A stretch of 50,219 bases of DNA from Phycisphaerae bacterium (lineage in GTDB: Bacteria > Planctomycetota > Phycisphaerae > UBA1845): contig JANQHN010000102.1 in NCBI GenBank assembly GCA_028282665.1, positions 1 through 50,219 of the forward strand, given 5' to 3'. Every line of letters begins with the position of its first letter. Positions within the stretch are counted from its first letter, which is position 1. The notes below the pieces were generated by a model. That model was not told the DNA's origin, did not search any database, and saw only the letters and a list, made by a program, of their open reading frames with translations. The position numbers and the translations under genes were made by a program. Positions 20,301-28,484 of this stretch are shown here, one piece after another.

Positions 20301-23300
20301 AGCGGCCGGCTCGGCTTGATCCCGGCCGAAGCCGAAATCGCGATTGGTGAGTTCTTTGTAATCCCACGCGGCGGCTTTGTACCATTCGTTGTAGTCAGCG
20401 GCCGCGAGACTCAAGTCGTCCATAGGCAACCGATAGCCCATCGTCCCGCGTACCCAAGCTTGACGCTCGGCCGCGCTGAACAGGCCGCTCTCCCAACTCA
20501 TCGCGTCAACGGGCCTCCAACCCGGCAAATCGTTAACTGTGCTTTCCGCGTAGGCAAGCAACAATTCGGGAGTACCAATCGTCAGTGAAAGCCAATTGCA
20601 GTACTTCACCGCCCCATACCACGACACTCCAACCACCGGATGGTCCGCGTAGCCCGCCTCTACGCTGTACGCGCCGCTATCGAAGTCGATGCGTCCGACG
20701 GCAACGTCGAAAATGGGAATTGTCGGCGCAGGAGGAACTTCACCTGTACCGGGTGTTTTCGAATCGTTGACGAAAAAGCTTCCCGTTGCCGTGTCCACAT
20801 AGAGGTAAGCAGCGCGGGCATGGTCGCTACCCGCTTGAGCCAAGGACAGCACATCGGTCAAAAAACTGACAAACTCCGCATTGGTAATCTCTGTCTTGTT
20901 AATCCAAAAATCGTAAGTAGGTCCGCCGGGTTGCAAAAAATCGGAAAGCACCGGATGCACATCGCTCCCGTATCCGCGAACCAGTGCGTATCCACCCGGC
21001 GGAACAGACGATAAGCCAAGTGTGGAAACTTCCGCCGAAAACCGAAGCGTCACTTCAAGCGACTCGCCAGGTTCATGCGGCGGAATCTGCGTCGGTGATA
21101 CGCCGTCGATTTCCAGCCAGGGTACATCAATTGAGATGTCCAACTGATCCACCGCAACGTCGGAAGGGTTGTGGATCGTCAGTTGCAACGTTGTATCCTG
21201 CAAATCCTCGCCTAATAAAGCATCGACTCGCCAATGTCGTGCAGGCGTGATTTCCAATTCGACCGGCTCGAATGCTTGCGAAACGCGAAATCCCACGAAA
21301 TCGTATGCACCGGTTGCCGGCAGTGAGCTTCGGCGATCGGTACGGAGAAAGATCGAAGACTCAATGTTTTGAAAATGCCCGCCTCGAATACCTGCCTCAC
21401 CTGTCGGCATACTATGGTCGTGCGTCCATTCCGCGACATTCCCCGCCATGTCATACAGACCGTACCCGTTTCCCGTGTCCTCGGTGAATGCCTCCGGATC
21501 AGCGAGCGTGTTTAAGCCGTTGTAGTACCCAACCGGAGCGCATCCCGGCTCAAACGGATCGGCGCTATCCAGGTAGTTCGCGTCCGCGATGGATATGGTG
21601 TCCCTACCGAAACCGTAAACAACATTCGTACTCGACACATCAAGCCAGGCTGCCGCCTTGTACCACTCTCCCTGGGCAGACGCACCTTCCACCCCGTCAT
21701 CCATGGGCAACCGATACCCGCGTTTCTGTGCAACAACGTCTGCGTTGGAAAGCGTAACCTCCCAATCCGCCGCGACAGGCCCTTCGCCGTACACGCGTTG
21801 ATTGGACGACATCCCCTGCAACAACGTCAGCCAATTGCAGAATTTCGCCGCCCCGTACCAACTGACACCCACAACCGGGTAGTCCCAAAAACCAGGTTCA
21901 ACGGTATAGAATCCGTCTTCATACCGAATCGGACCCTCCCCCGCCGGATCGTACGAAAAAAGCGTCGTTCCATCTCCGGCTAGTTTCACACGGCCCGCAA
22001 CCGTGTCATGGGTTAAATTGTCATCAGGATTTATATCGTTAAGGAATCGCACAAACGCAGTGTTGGTAACTTCAAATTTGCCAATTCGATACAAGTAAGC
22101 AGGACCGTCGGGTTGTTCGTGATCAACAGGTATGTTGACCATATCGAGGGCAAAACCCTGTCCGCCGACCGTAAAAACCACCGATCGTGTCGCACGTGCC
22201 TGGGTCAGTACGTCCAGAAAAGTCAACGTGCCGGTGTAGGTGCCTGTCGGCAATGAATACGCTTCGGCCGTAAGGAAGATAGTTACATCAACCGAAGACT
22301 CCGGATCGAGCAGCGTCCCTTCGCTGGGATCGGCATCAATCCATACCACACCCGGCGGCTGATCGGTCGTATCCTCAAACATCACGCTCCAGAACATCTC
22401 AGGGCCGTGGTTTGTCAGCGTATAGACTTTCTCGACCGGACCGAACGGTCCTCCTTGTGGACCGGAAAAGGAAACATCGTCGGTTGGTGCAACGTCCAGT
22501 TCAGTCACGGTGAGTCGCACGACACGATCAATCTCGAACCCACTCGTTGGCTCGGCAAATCGAAGCGTTGCAACGTATTCCCCGACACCGAGCAAGTCCG
22601 CGGCGGACGTGAGGTTTATATCGACATTCACAAATTGGCTCGGCGCGATCACTTGGCCTGTACTCGACAAGTCAAGCCAATCCACCTCCGGTTCAATAAC
22701 GGACAATGCAAACTCAACGTCGGAATCCGCTTCATTGGTGATCGTATAAGTATGCGAGGCAGGTTCGAACGGGCCGCCGAAAGGCCCGGAAAATTCCTGT
22801 TCTTCCGCAGGTTCTACGCTGAAAGGTGAAATCACTTCGAGCGAAACCGTCCTGACGAATGCAGTACCCGTGCAGGAATCCGTAAAGGTCACGGCCGCCT
22901 GATACGTTCCCGCCGTCAAATTCGCGACCTCGGACGCATCGAAAGCGATCGCCACATCGAAAGTGCCACCAACCGGCACTTCACCATCCACCTGTTGTCC
23001 GCCATTGAGCGTAAGCCACAACAGACCGCTATCACCGGCGGTCTCCTCCCAGGTCGCAGTGAATGCGACGACCACATCCGACAGCGAGGTAAACGTATAT
23101 GTGCTGCTTTCGACGTCGGGCGTTCCACCGACCGGCATGGTTGCACTGAATCCGCCGGCGGGTGTGAGTTGAAGCGGCTCGCTTACGGTGAGGATGACGT
23201 CGCGCGTGGCGGCGAGGGTTTGACTCGTCAGGTTTTCAATCGTAATAATCGCGTTGTTCACTCCGACATGAAGCCCATCTTCGCAGAGTGGATCGATCGT

Positions 23301-24638
23301 CACCGTCAGCATTGCGCCTTCACCGGCTGGTATAACACCGTCAGGCCTGTCGTCCTCAAGCATCACCCAAGGTGCATCCGAAGACGTAGCGAATGAAATC
23401 GGCATTTCAGCAATGTTTGCAATTTCGTAGACTTTCACATCCGAATCAGGCACCGCATACGGTCCGCCCCACGGGCCGGACGCGGACAAGTCCTGGTATG
23501 GAGTGACGAGAAGTGCATCGATAACGCTCTGAACGATACGAAATCCGGTTGCATCGCTGGGTGAACCCGCCTCTCGATGAGCGGCAGTGTTGGCGCGTAG
23601 GGAGAATGTGCTGCTTCGCCACGACCCGCCGCGATTACGACGCCTTGCAGGATCGGTCGGTGATTGATCCTGCATCCACTCCCACACGTTGCCGGACATG
23701 TCATACAGGTTGTACCTGTTCTCCGTGTCACGTGTGACCGTGCTGCCATCGCCGAGCAGATTCACACCATCAAAGAAGCCGATCGGCGTAGTGCCCGCTT
23801 CGAATGGATCGTCGCTGCCAAAGAAGTTGGCGTCCGCGTTTTCGATGATGCTCCGACCAAATCCGTATAGCGTGTCTCCAACGCCATCGAACGCCGCAGC
23901 CTTGTACCACTCGTTGTACAACGATGCGCCGCTCGCTTGACCATCCATCGGCAATCGAAAACCAACGTATTCTAGCAGATTTTGGCGTTCCGTATCGTTT
24001 AAATCCCGCGTTGACCAGTCGGCAGCACTAATCGTCACCGGTCGCCAGCCTGACAAATTCGACGAAGGCGACTCCGCGTACGCACGATCATCGGGCGCGA
24101 GTCCAATGTCCAAAGTCAACCAGTTGCAAAACTTGATCGCACCGTACCACGTAACTCCCGCCACCGGATGATCGGCATATGCGGGATCGTCGAGAACAAA
24201 TTGATTGTCGCTGTAGATGATGTGACCGTTGGCAACTGTGTCAAACAACTTCGTGCCCGAGCCCTGGGTGCCGATTACGCCGTGGGTCGAGCTATGAATG
24301 TAAACGTCGCCCGAATCGACGTCGAAGTACATGTAATGACCCTTGGGGGCGGTAAGGTTCGATTTGGCGTCGTTGAGGAAAGCAACGAATTGCTCATTGG
24401 TAATTTCGTACGCGGTGATCCGAAAATCATGAACCGGACCAACCGGTTGATCGTCGACACCCGGTATGACTGAAAACGAAAGTGAATCAAGTTCGGTCGA
24501 TTCCACGTGTAAATAAGAAGTGCTCGCCTCATGAATGCCCTGCCGCATCGCCGGCCCGCCTGCTGATGCGGTCAGAATCAGACCAGCGCCGATCAAGCAC
24601 ACTACCAACGCTATCTTTCGCCTTCTTGCCATTTGCAT
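17310..24638 (-). CDS. Giant secreted surface protein: 4 FGE-sulfatase/C-type-lectin-fold domains, ~9 BACON-like repeats, C-terminal dockerin-like repeat
   Basis: GGAGG RBS then MQMARRRKIALVVCLIGAGLILTASA signal peptide. Four copies of E(I/V)TN..F, PV.GV(S/T)WYGA.K.CNWL, RLPMD, EWYKAAA, LYD(M/L).GN..EW, RGG, GFR. GP.GGPF..Y...N...W repeats. The C-terminus is DGDGDFDGDVDLDDFALMYDCLSGP...DFNGDISIDLLD. Confidence 0.9.
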   Translation of the reverse strand: MQMARRRKIALVVCLIGAGLILTASAGGPAMRQGIHEASTSYLHVESTELDSLSFSVIPGVDDQPVGPVHDFRITAYEITNEQFVAFLNDAKSNLTAPKGHYMYFDVDSGDVYIHSSTHGVIGTQGSGTKLFDTVANGHIIYSDNQFVLDDPAYADHPVAGVTWYGAIKFCNWLTLDIGLAPDDRAYAESPSSNLSGWRPVTISAADWSTRDLNDTERQNLLEYVGFRLPMDGQASGASLYNEWYKAAAFDGVGDTLYGFGRSIIENADANFFGSDDPFEAGTTPIGFFDGVNLLGDGSTVTRDTENRYNLYDMSGNVWEWMQDQSPTDPARRRNRGGSWRSSTFSLRANTAAHREAGSPSDATGFRIVQSVIDALLVTPYQDLSASGPWGGPYAVPDSDVKVYEIANIAEMPISFATSSDAPWVMLEDDRPDGVIPAGEGAMLTVTIDPLCEDGLHVGVNNAIITIENLTSQTLAATRDVILTVSEPLQLTPAGGFSATMPVGGTPDVESSTYTFTSLSDVVVAFTATWEETAGDSGLLWLTLNGGQQVDGEVPVGGTFDVAIAFDASEVANLTAGTYQAAVTFTDSCTGTAFVRTVSLEVISPFSVEPAEEQEFSGPFGGPFEPASHTYTITNEADSDVEFALSVIEPEVDWLDLSSTGQVIAPSQFVNVDINLTSAADLLGVGEYVATLRFAEPTSGFEIDRVVRLTVTELDVAPTDDVSFSGPQGGPFGPVEKVYTLTNHGPEMFWSVMFEDTTDQPPGVVWIDADPSEGTLLDPESSVDVTIFLTAEAYSLPTGTYTGTLTFLDVLTQARATRSVVFTVGGQGFALDMVNIPVDHEQPDGPAYLYRIGKFEVTNTAFVRFLNDINPDDNLTHDTVAGRVKLAGDGTTLFSYDPAGEGPIRYEDGFYTVEPGFWDYPVVGVSWYGAAKFCNWLTLLQGMSSNQRVYGEGPVAADWEVTLSNADVVAQKRGYRLPMDDGVEGASAQGEWYKAAAWLDVSSTNVVYGFGRDTISIADANYLDSADPFEPGCAPVGYYNGLNTLADPEAFTEDTGNGYGLYDMAGNVAEWTHDHSMPTGEAGIRGGHFQNIESSIFLRTDRRSSLPATGAYDFVGFRVSQAFEPVELEITPARHWRVDALLGEDLQDTTLQLTIHNPSDVAVDQLDISIDVPWLEIDGVSPTQIPPHEPGESLEVTLRFSAEVSTLGLSSVPPGGYALVRGYGSDVHPVLSDFLQPGGPTYDFWINKTEITNAEFVSFLTDVLSLAQAGSDHARAAYLYVDTATGSFFVNDSKTPGTGEVPPAPTIPIFDVAVGRIDFDSGAYSVEAGYADHPVVGVSWYGAVKYCNWLSLTIGTPELLLAYAESTVNDLPGWRPVDAMSWESGLFSAAERQAWVRGTMGYRLPMDDLSLAAADYNEWYKAAAWDYKELTNRDFGFGRDQAEPAAPDANFLSSGDTEEDGTTSIAFFDGENSLADGQTLTFDTDNVFGLYDLCGNVAEWTSELFTPDIAAPFTIRGGSFLDPAAGDSLRNNARDPVLPEDSNDHTGFRTVRGTGHIAKITITDAQSKKTYERFVILDLHPALAAGPQNDLPALSVVYGEGMIGHPEPAKRYLVENLSENSVDFAVSVAEIWIDLIEVGSQEPASQFLEGTLAGGESMEFDVQTNADAQTLAPGEYTSTVTIEDSTHSVTQTRELRADIGEPIEVNKLDADPQKFTGYFGGPFYAFDQTASRAFEYTNVSFMTLDYEVSLTATWMDLDGDDPINGSIASTEVIGPFDVSIAGEADSFAVGEYDINLSFQWTDTANGDLSRTIDTPLSLEVKEPVEVVPEEDEDGSWSATPGDQQIYTLTNRHASVAITVQITTDVDWLDLGSSEELLLANEQTDVNVSVNEIADTLYPDSYTGTITFLDTLTNVAIERSVELTVGASGTISVFPAESLEASGPAGVGPFYPASKAYELINREGGTALNWTAQTNPSVNWLMLNGANVAGGNLNSGESTTLWVAIDPIAAAALAEGEYQVAVEVSWDGENGDVSTRDVTLHVVTPQFVQEENAVPRSKVQPLGPAYSFVMVPTEVTNAEFHVFLNDALANPANERGEFMYFNTSSGVVYVGATREGASGEDVLTAVMFDPNETGHIYFQDGAYALLNGSVADLPVAGVSWYGAVKYCNWLTLDQGMLPGERCYHEATETTLTDWRPSSISEANWALRDLNDIERASLIAGYRGYRLPMDEGYNNISVNTDSADDYNEWYKAAAWSEDLGANTVFGFGRNTISAEDANYINSGDPYDNGPAPVAYYDGSDHGGTFATAGNENSFGLYDLSGNLYEWVQGRFNTNPNSIANRTIRGGSWNRPGSGWLGCEASFRTFAPAGFTSDEIGFRVVRIVKSDGDGDFDGDVDLDDFALMYDCLSGPNAVMGIGCNQFDFNGDISIDLLDLLFFVDLLAGG

Positions 24639-24830
24639 CACGTTCGTGCCTCCATGCACCGTGAAGCCTCGTGCGAGTACACTCAGCTCAAAAGCTTCGG
24701 CGTACAAATATCCCGCTGCTCTCCATCTATGTTCTATCGGATGATGGCTAAACTCGAGCACACGATTTCAAGCGAGGGTGGTCGGCCGGTGTATGTCGCC
24801 GGCGCAACTGGCGCGTGGTGAAATTTGCGC

Positions 24831-24862
24831 AAGAAAACGGGCGCCGTTGAACATGGCGCCCG
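24831..24862 (-). terminator. Rho-independent terminator downstream of rpmB
   Basis: Minus strand CGGGCGCC-atgttcaac-GGCGCCCG-TTTTCTT. Confidence 0.75.
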
Positions 24863-24908
24863 GAAACAATCGCCTGGTGAAAAACGTACGTGCTATCGAC
24901 TGAAGCCT

Positions 24909-25172
24909 TTAGCCCTCAGACTCTTCAGGCTTCCAGTCGCGTTTGGGCGGTTTAACCACCAATCCCATGCGAATCGCCTTGGCGGAAACCTTGATGCGAC
25001 ACACCTTGCCATCAACCACCGCACGTACGCGCTGAATATTCGGCTTGAACTTACGCTTCGTGATGCCCGTGGTCTTGCGGCCTACACCACCCAGATACTT
25101 GGCTTTACCCCTGCGGGCAATGGATCGGCCTGATCGGGTCTTCTTACCTGTGAAAAAACATACGCGGGGCAT
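24909..25172 (-). CDS. rpmB: 50S ribosomal protein L28
   Basis: MPRVCFFTGKKTRSG...RRGKAKYLGGVGRKTTGITKRKFKPNIQRVR...IKVSAKAIR. Confidence 0.95.
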   Translation of the reverse strand: MPRVCFFTGKKTRSGRSIARRGKAKYLGGVGRKTTGITKRKFKPNIQRVRAVVDGKVCRIKVSAKAIRMGLVVKPPKRDWKPEESEG

Positions 25173-25346
25173 GGGTCACCTCATGTCACGCCATCAGAAT
25201 CCAAAGTCGTCAAAGACAGGTCAGTATAGCGGTCGATTGGCTATTAGCAAGTACTCAAAACTCGACCAACTACTCCAAACGCAGGCGATCGGAACGGTCC
25301 GGTAACGATTTCTCGACGTCTGAAGACTACCTTTTCCGACATATCC

Positions 25347-25374
25347 CGCAACAATGGCCCCCCGGCAGCGTTTT
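25347..25374 (+). promoter_or_regulatory. Candidate ECF-sigma autoregulatory promoter
   Basis: cgcAAC-N16-CGTttt, the AAC/CGT geometry typical of many ECF promoters, just upstream of the AGAGAGG RBS and ATG 25400. Confidence 0.45.
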
Positions 25375-25399
25375 TAAGGTAGAGAGGTCTGGAAAACGA

Positions 25400-25987
25400 A
25401 TGAGTGTGTTCACAAAACTGGACTCGCTGATCGAAAGAGCGCAGCGTAGGGATTCCACCGCTGTGGGCGAAATCGTAGACGTCTATGCAGTACGACTGTA
25501 TCGTTTTCTTTACCGTTTGACAGGCCAACGACAAGACGCCGAAGATCTCGTCCAGGAGGTATTCCTTCGCGTAGTGAGGACTATCGAAGCATACAAACAT
25601 GACGGGAAATTTGAAGCGTGGCTTTTCAGGATCGCCATGAACCTTGCGCGAGATCGGATACGAAAATTGGCACGAGTGCCAGGCATCCTATCCCTCGACG
25701 CCAAACCGGACAGTAATGATTGGATCGAATTGCCCACGCCTGTAGCAAGGATGCCCGAGCGCGAATCGGCAGTGAGCGATCTCGACAACGACGACATGAA
25801 TCGACTGCAGGCCGCTTTGATGACTCTACCTCAGCCGGAACGTGAGATCATCATTTTGCGACACTATTCGAATCTGACTTTCGCCGAGATTGCGGAAGCG
25901 TTCGAAGTTCCGCTGGGTACGGCTCTCGCCAGATCTCATCGAGGTTTGGCAAAGCTGAGGAAAGCGATGGGAGTGGATCAACCGTGA
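25400..25987 (+). CDS. ECF RNA polymerase sigma factor
   Basis: DAEDLVQEVFLR, FEAWLFRIAMNLARD (region 2); LPQPEREIIILRHYSNLTFAEIAEAFEVPLGTALARSHRG (region 4). Confidence 0.95.
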   Translation: MSVFTKLDSLIERAQRRDSTAVGEIVDVYAVRLYRFLYRLTGQRQDAEDLVQEVFLRVVRTIEAYKHDGKFEAWLFRIAMNLARDRIRKLARVPGILSLDAKPDSNDWIELPTPVARMPERESAVSDLDNDDMNRLQAALMTLPQPEREIIILRHYSNLTFAEIAEAFEVPLGTALARSHRGLAKLRKAMGVDQP

Positions 25988-26631
25988 TTTGGTGCATGAT
26001 GAGCGAACATTACGATAGACTAAAGCGCATCGAAGAAGATGAGCGTTGGCTCGCTGAGGTTCTTGGCGATGAAGGCGATACGCCAAACGTCGAGTCGATC
26101 AAATTGCGCACCCAGATTGAGATGAACGAGCATTGGTTCGCCGAACTGTGCAACCGAGACGAGATCAGCCCGCCGGAAAATCTAACTACTACGATCAAGA
26201 GTCGCCTCAATCGCGAGTTCGCTACCGAGGCAGATGCACAAGCAGCGCCGACGACATTTAGCCAACGCCGCACGTTCCGATTTGCCACGTCGGCATTATC
26301 ACTCGCCGCCGTCTTGGCGATGGCGGTTACGACTTCGCTCTATGTGCAATCGGAAAAACTCAAGCTGCCTTTCTCCGATGACTCATCCTCGCCCGATGCA
26401 ATCTATGGCTATGCAGAGGCATTTTTCGCCTACGAAGAGGACGATATGCTGATCAGGCTCGCCACGCTCGACGAGCGACTCGAGTCACTGGAAAAATCCT
26501 GCATCGAGCCTTTCCCCGACGATTGGGAAAACGATTACATTGAAGACATCCGGATACAACTCGACCGACTTGATAGCGAACCGGATTTTGAACTTCGTGA
26601 TGCTTGGTTCGAACCTGGGCAATCCGGATAA
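25984..26631 (+). CDS. Putative membrane-anchored anti-sigma factor
   Basis: Overlaps the sigma stop (GTGA); cytoplasmic N-domain, single TM (ALSLAAVLAMAVTTSLYV), acidic C-domain. Confidence 0.65.
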   Translation: MIWCMMSEHYDRLKRIEEDERWLAEVLGDEGDTPNVESIKLRTQIEMNEHWFAELCNRDEISPPENLTTTIKSRLNREFATEADAQAAPTTFSQRRTFRFATSALSLAAVLAMAVTTSLYVQSEKLKLPFSDDSSSPDAIYGYAEAFFAYEEDDMLIRLATLDERLESLEKSCIEPFPDDWENDYIEDIRIQLDRLDSEPDFELRDAWFEPGQSG

Positions 26632-26642
26632 GGAGATACACC

Positions 26643-27587
26643 ATGCGCGTTTCGTATCCTGCCCATTCAATCTACACGATGCCGCGCCTTGTTTTGTGTG
26701 CAATCGTAGGATCGTTGGTGTTACCGCCGGTTTGTCTCGCGCAAACATCGAATAAGCAAACCAAGCAGCAACAAAAGGTGAAAACACCCGGTGCTGAACA
26801 GGAACCGTCTACGTCGCCGTACATGCCTTCCCGTGTGGGGAATGCACAAAGGAAAGACCGACAGCGCGATCTGAATGAAGAAGGCCGAGGAAATCGAGCA
26901 AGCGGTCGGCGCTCAAGCCCCAAGTCCCTTTCGGAGGCGGAACGGGAGAAGCTTCAAGCCTTTATCGAAGAGCATTTCCCTTTCATGTATGAAGAACTGC
27001 GAGATTTCCATAATAAAAACCCGGAACGATTTGAACGCCGCCTGCGAAAACTCGCGCCGGAGATCTACCACCTGATGGAACTTATCGAGATCGATCCGCA
27101 GCGGGCTCGACTGATTATCCAGGAACGTCGGCTCGATATGCGTATCCGCTTCATGGTGCATCGCTACCGCCTGAGTCACGCTCCCGAAGACAGGAAACGC
27201 CTGCGAAAGAAAGTGCGCGAATTTCTTGAAAACGCGTTCGACATTCGACTTAAGCGACGCGAGTTGGAAATTCGCGATATGGAGGCTCGCATTGCTGAAC
27301 TACGCGATCGCCTCGAAACTCTCGAAACACTCCGTGAGGTGAAAATCGATCGACAACTGGCGGAATTGCTTTCCGACAAATCAACGCAAGACCGCCACGA
27401 ACGGCGAATGCAAACGAGTCCTCTCGATGTAAACGAACCTAACACGCGCGAGAAATCCCGAGGGCACCAAGATAACAAAACAAACAAAGCCAAAACATCC
27501 GAAAAGAAATCTAAGACCAACCGACAACGCAACACGCAACAACAACGCCGCGATAAACCGCCGCTCAAACCAACTACGAGACCATAA
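26643..27587 (+). CDS. Periplasmic highly charged helical/coiled-coil protein of the ECF operon
   Basis: AAGGAG RBS; signal peptide ending VCLA|Q; E/R/K-rich helices (FDIRLKRRELEIRDMEARIAELRDRL). Confidence 0.7.
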   Translation: MRVSYPAHSIYTMPRLVLCAIVGSLVLPPVCLAQTSNKQTKQQQKVKTPGAEQEPSTSPYMPSRVGNAQRKDRQRDLNEEGRGNRASGRRSSPKSLSEAEREKLQAFIEEHFPFMYEELRDFHNKNPERFERRLRKLAPEIYHLMELIEIDPQRARLIIQERRLDMRIRFMVHRYRLSHAPEDRKRLRKKVREFLENAFDIRLKRRELEIRDMEARIAELRDRLETLETLREVKIDRQLAELLSDKSTQDRHERRMQTSPLDVNEPNTREKSRGHQDNKTNKAKTSEKKSKTNRQRNTQQQRRDKPPLKPTTRP

Positions 27588-27632
27588 CGCGTCGAAACCA
27601 CGATAAAATGCGACTACAAAATCGCCCCCGCT

Positions 27633-27674
27633 AAAAAAAACCGGCACGGGCCAAGAAAACTGACCCAACGCCGG
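27633..27674 (-). terminator. Rho-independent terminator of the typA operon
   Basis: Minus strand CCGGCGTTGGGTCA-gttttct-TGGCCCGTGCCGG followed by T8. Confidence 0.75.
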
Positions 27675-27755
27675 CTGATTCATGTAGTGAGTTCGGCTGA
27701 TCTGATTGTGTAATAGCCACCGGTAAAGAGTAAAATTGTGCACCCGGGAATTAAG

Positions 27756-28484
27756 TTAATCCTCTTTATTCCCGCCACCCCGACCTCCTTGTGCGAATAC
27801 GATGGTTTTCTTCCGCCAAGGCAGCCAAAGAAACATCACTGCCAGCAGTTCCAACCCTACGAGCAGTATTACCCGCCAAGGCCAGGGACCAAGCCAGCCG
27901 ACGACCTTGCTCTCGGGACCGACGTAACCGTAATCCCACTGGAATGCCATATTTAGAGGCAACATGATCAGGTCATACAACAGAATGGCCATACCGGCGA
28001 ACCAAGCGTCCGCGAGCTTCGGCCGGTATCCCATGGCAAACGGAAGGTACAACGCTGATCCGACGATTTGACTATGTCCAACCCAGTAAAGCCAAAACCG
28101 CATCGAGTTCAGTCCATCTTCAAATGGCGGAAAAACAAACGCCATCAAACTCATGCCTAGTCCCCAGAAGTACACGATTGCCTGTGGCCAACGATAGGGC
28201 ATGAACAATGCAAACGGCGCAATCCATACCGTCAAATCGCAGATGTGCAGCGGCAGGCTGTAATCCCACGTGAATTGGGGCGGCAAGAACCACCAATATT
28301 GCGAATAGCCGTTGAAGATCACCAGTGCAACCACCCAGACAATTCTGAGTCGGTATTCGCGTTTCGGGTTGTTGGCTTTCCAATAATGCCCCAGCCAGCC
28401 AACACCAATAACCGCGCCTAGAAATGCCCCGGCAACGATAAGGTGCTGAAGGGAAAACGCGGTAAAGGTGGTCCACCAACTCAT
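27756..28484 (-). CDS. YwaF/TIGR02206-family integral membrane protein
   Basis: FTAFSLQHL, SLPLHICDL, YFWGL, YWVGH, YGYV, LGPWPW; coupled to typA (ATGA-type overlap). Confidence 0.85.
   Translation of the reverse strand: MSWWTTFTAFSLQHLIVAGAFLGAVIGVGWLGHYWKANNPKREYRLRIVWVVALVIFNGYSQYWWFLPPQFTWDYSLPLHICDLTVWIAPFALFMPYRWPQAIVYFWGLGMSLMAFVFPPFEDGLNSMRFWLYWVGHSQIVGSALYLPFAMGYRPKLADAWFAGMAILLYDLIMLPLNMAFQWDYGYVGPESKVVGWLGPWPWRVILLVGLELLAVMFLWLPWRKKTIVFAQGGRGGGNKED

Noticed and set aside
17310-24638. Diversity-generating retroelement targeting the FGE/CLec domains
   Set aside because: No reverse transcriptase, avd-like gene or near-identical TR/VR nucleotide pair was seen in the window. The four domains differ by indels, not adenine-specific changes. 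A remote DGR cannot be excluded.
17310-24638. Active formylglycine-generating enzyme
   Set aside because: The catalytic Cys pair after RGGS is absent from all four domains, and no sulfatase is adjacent.
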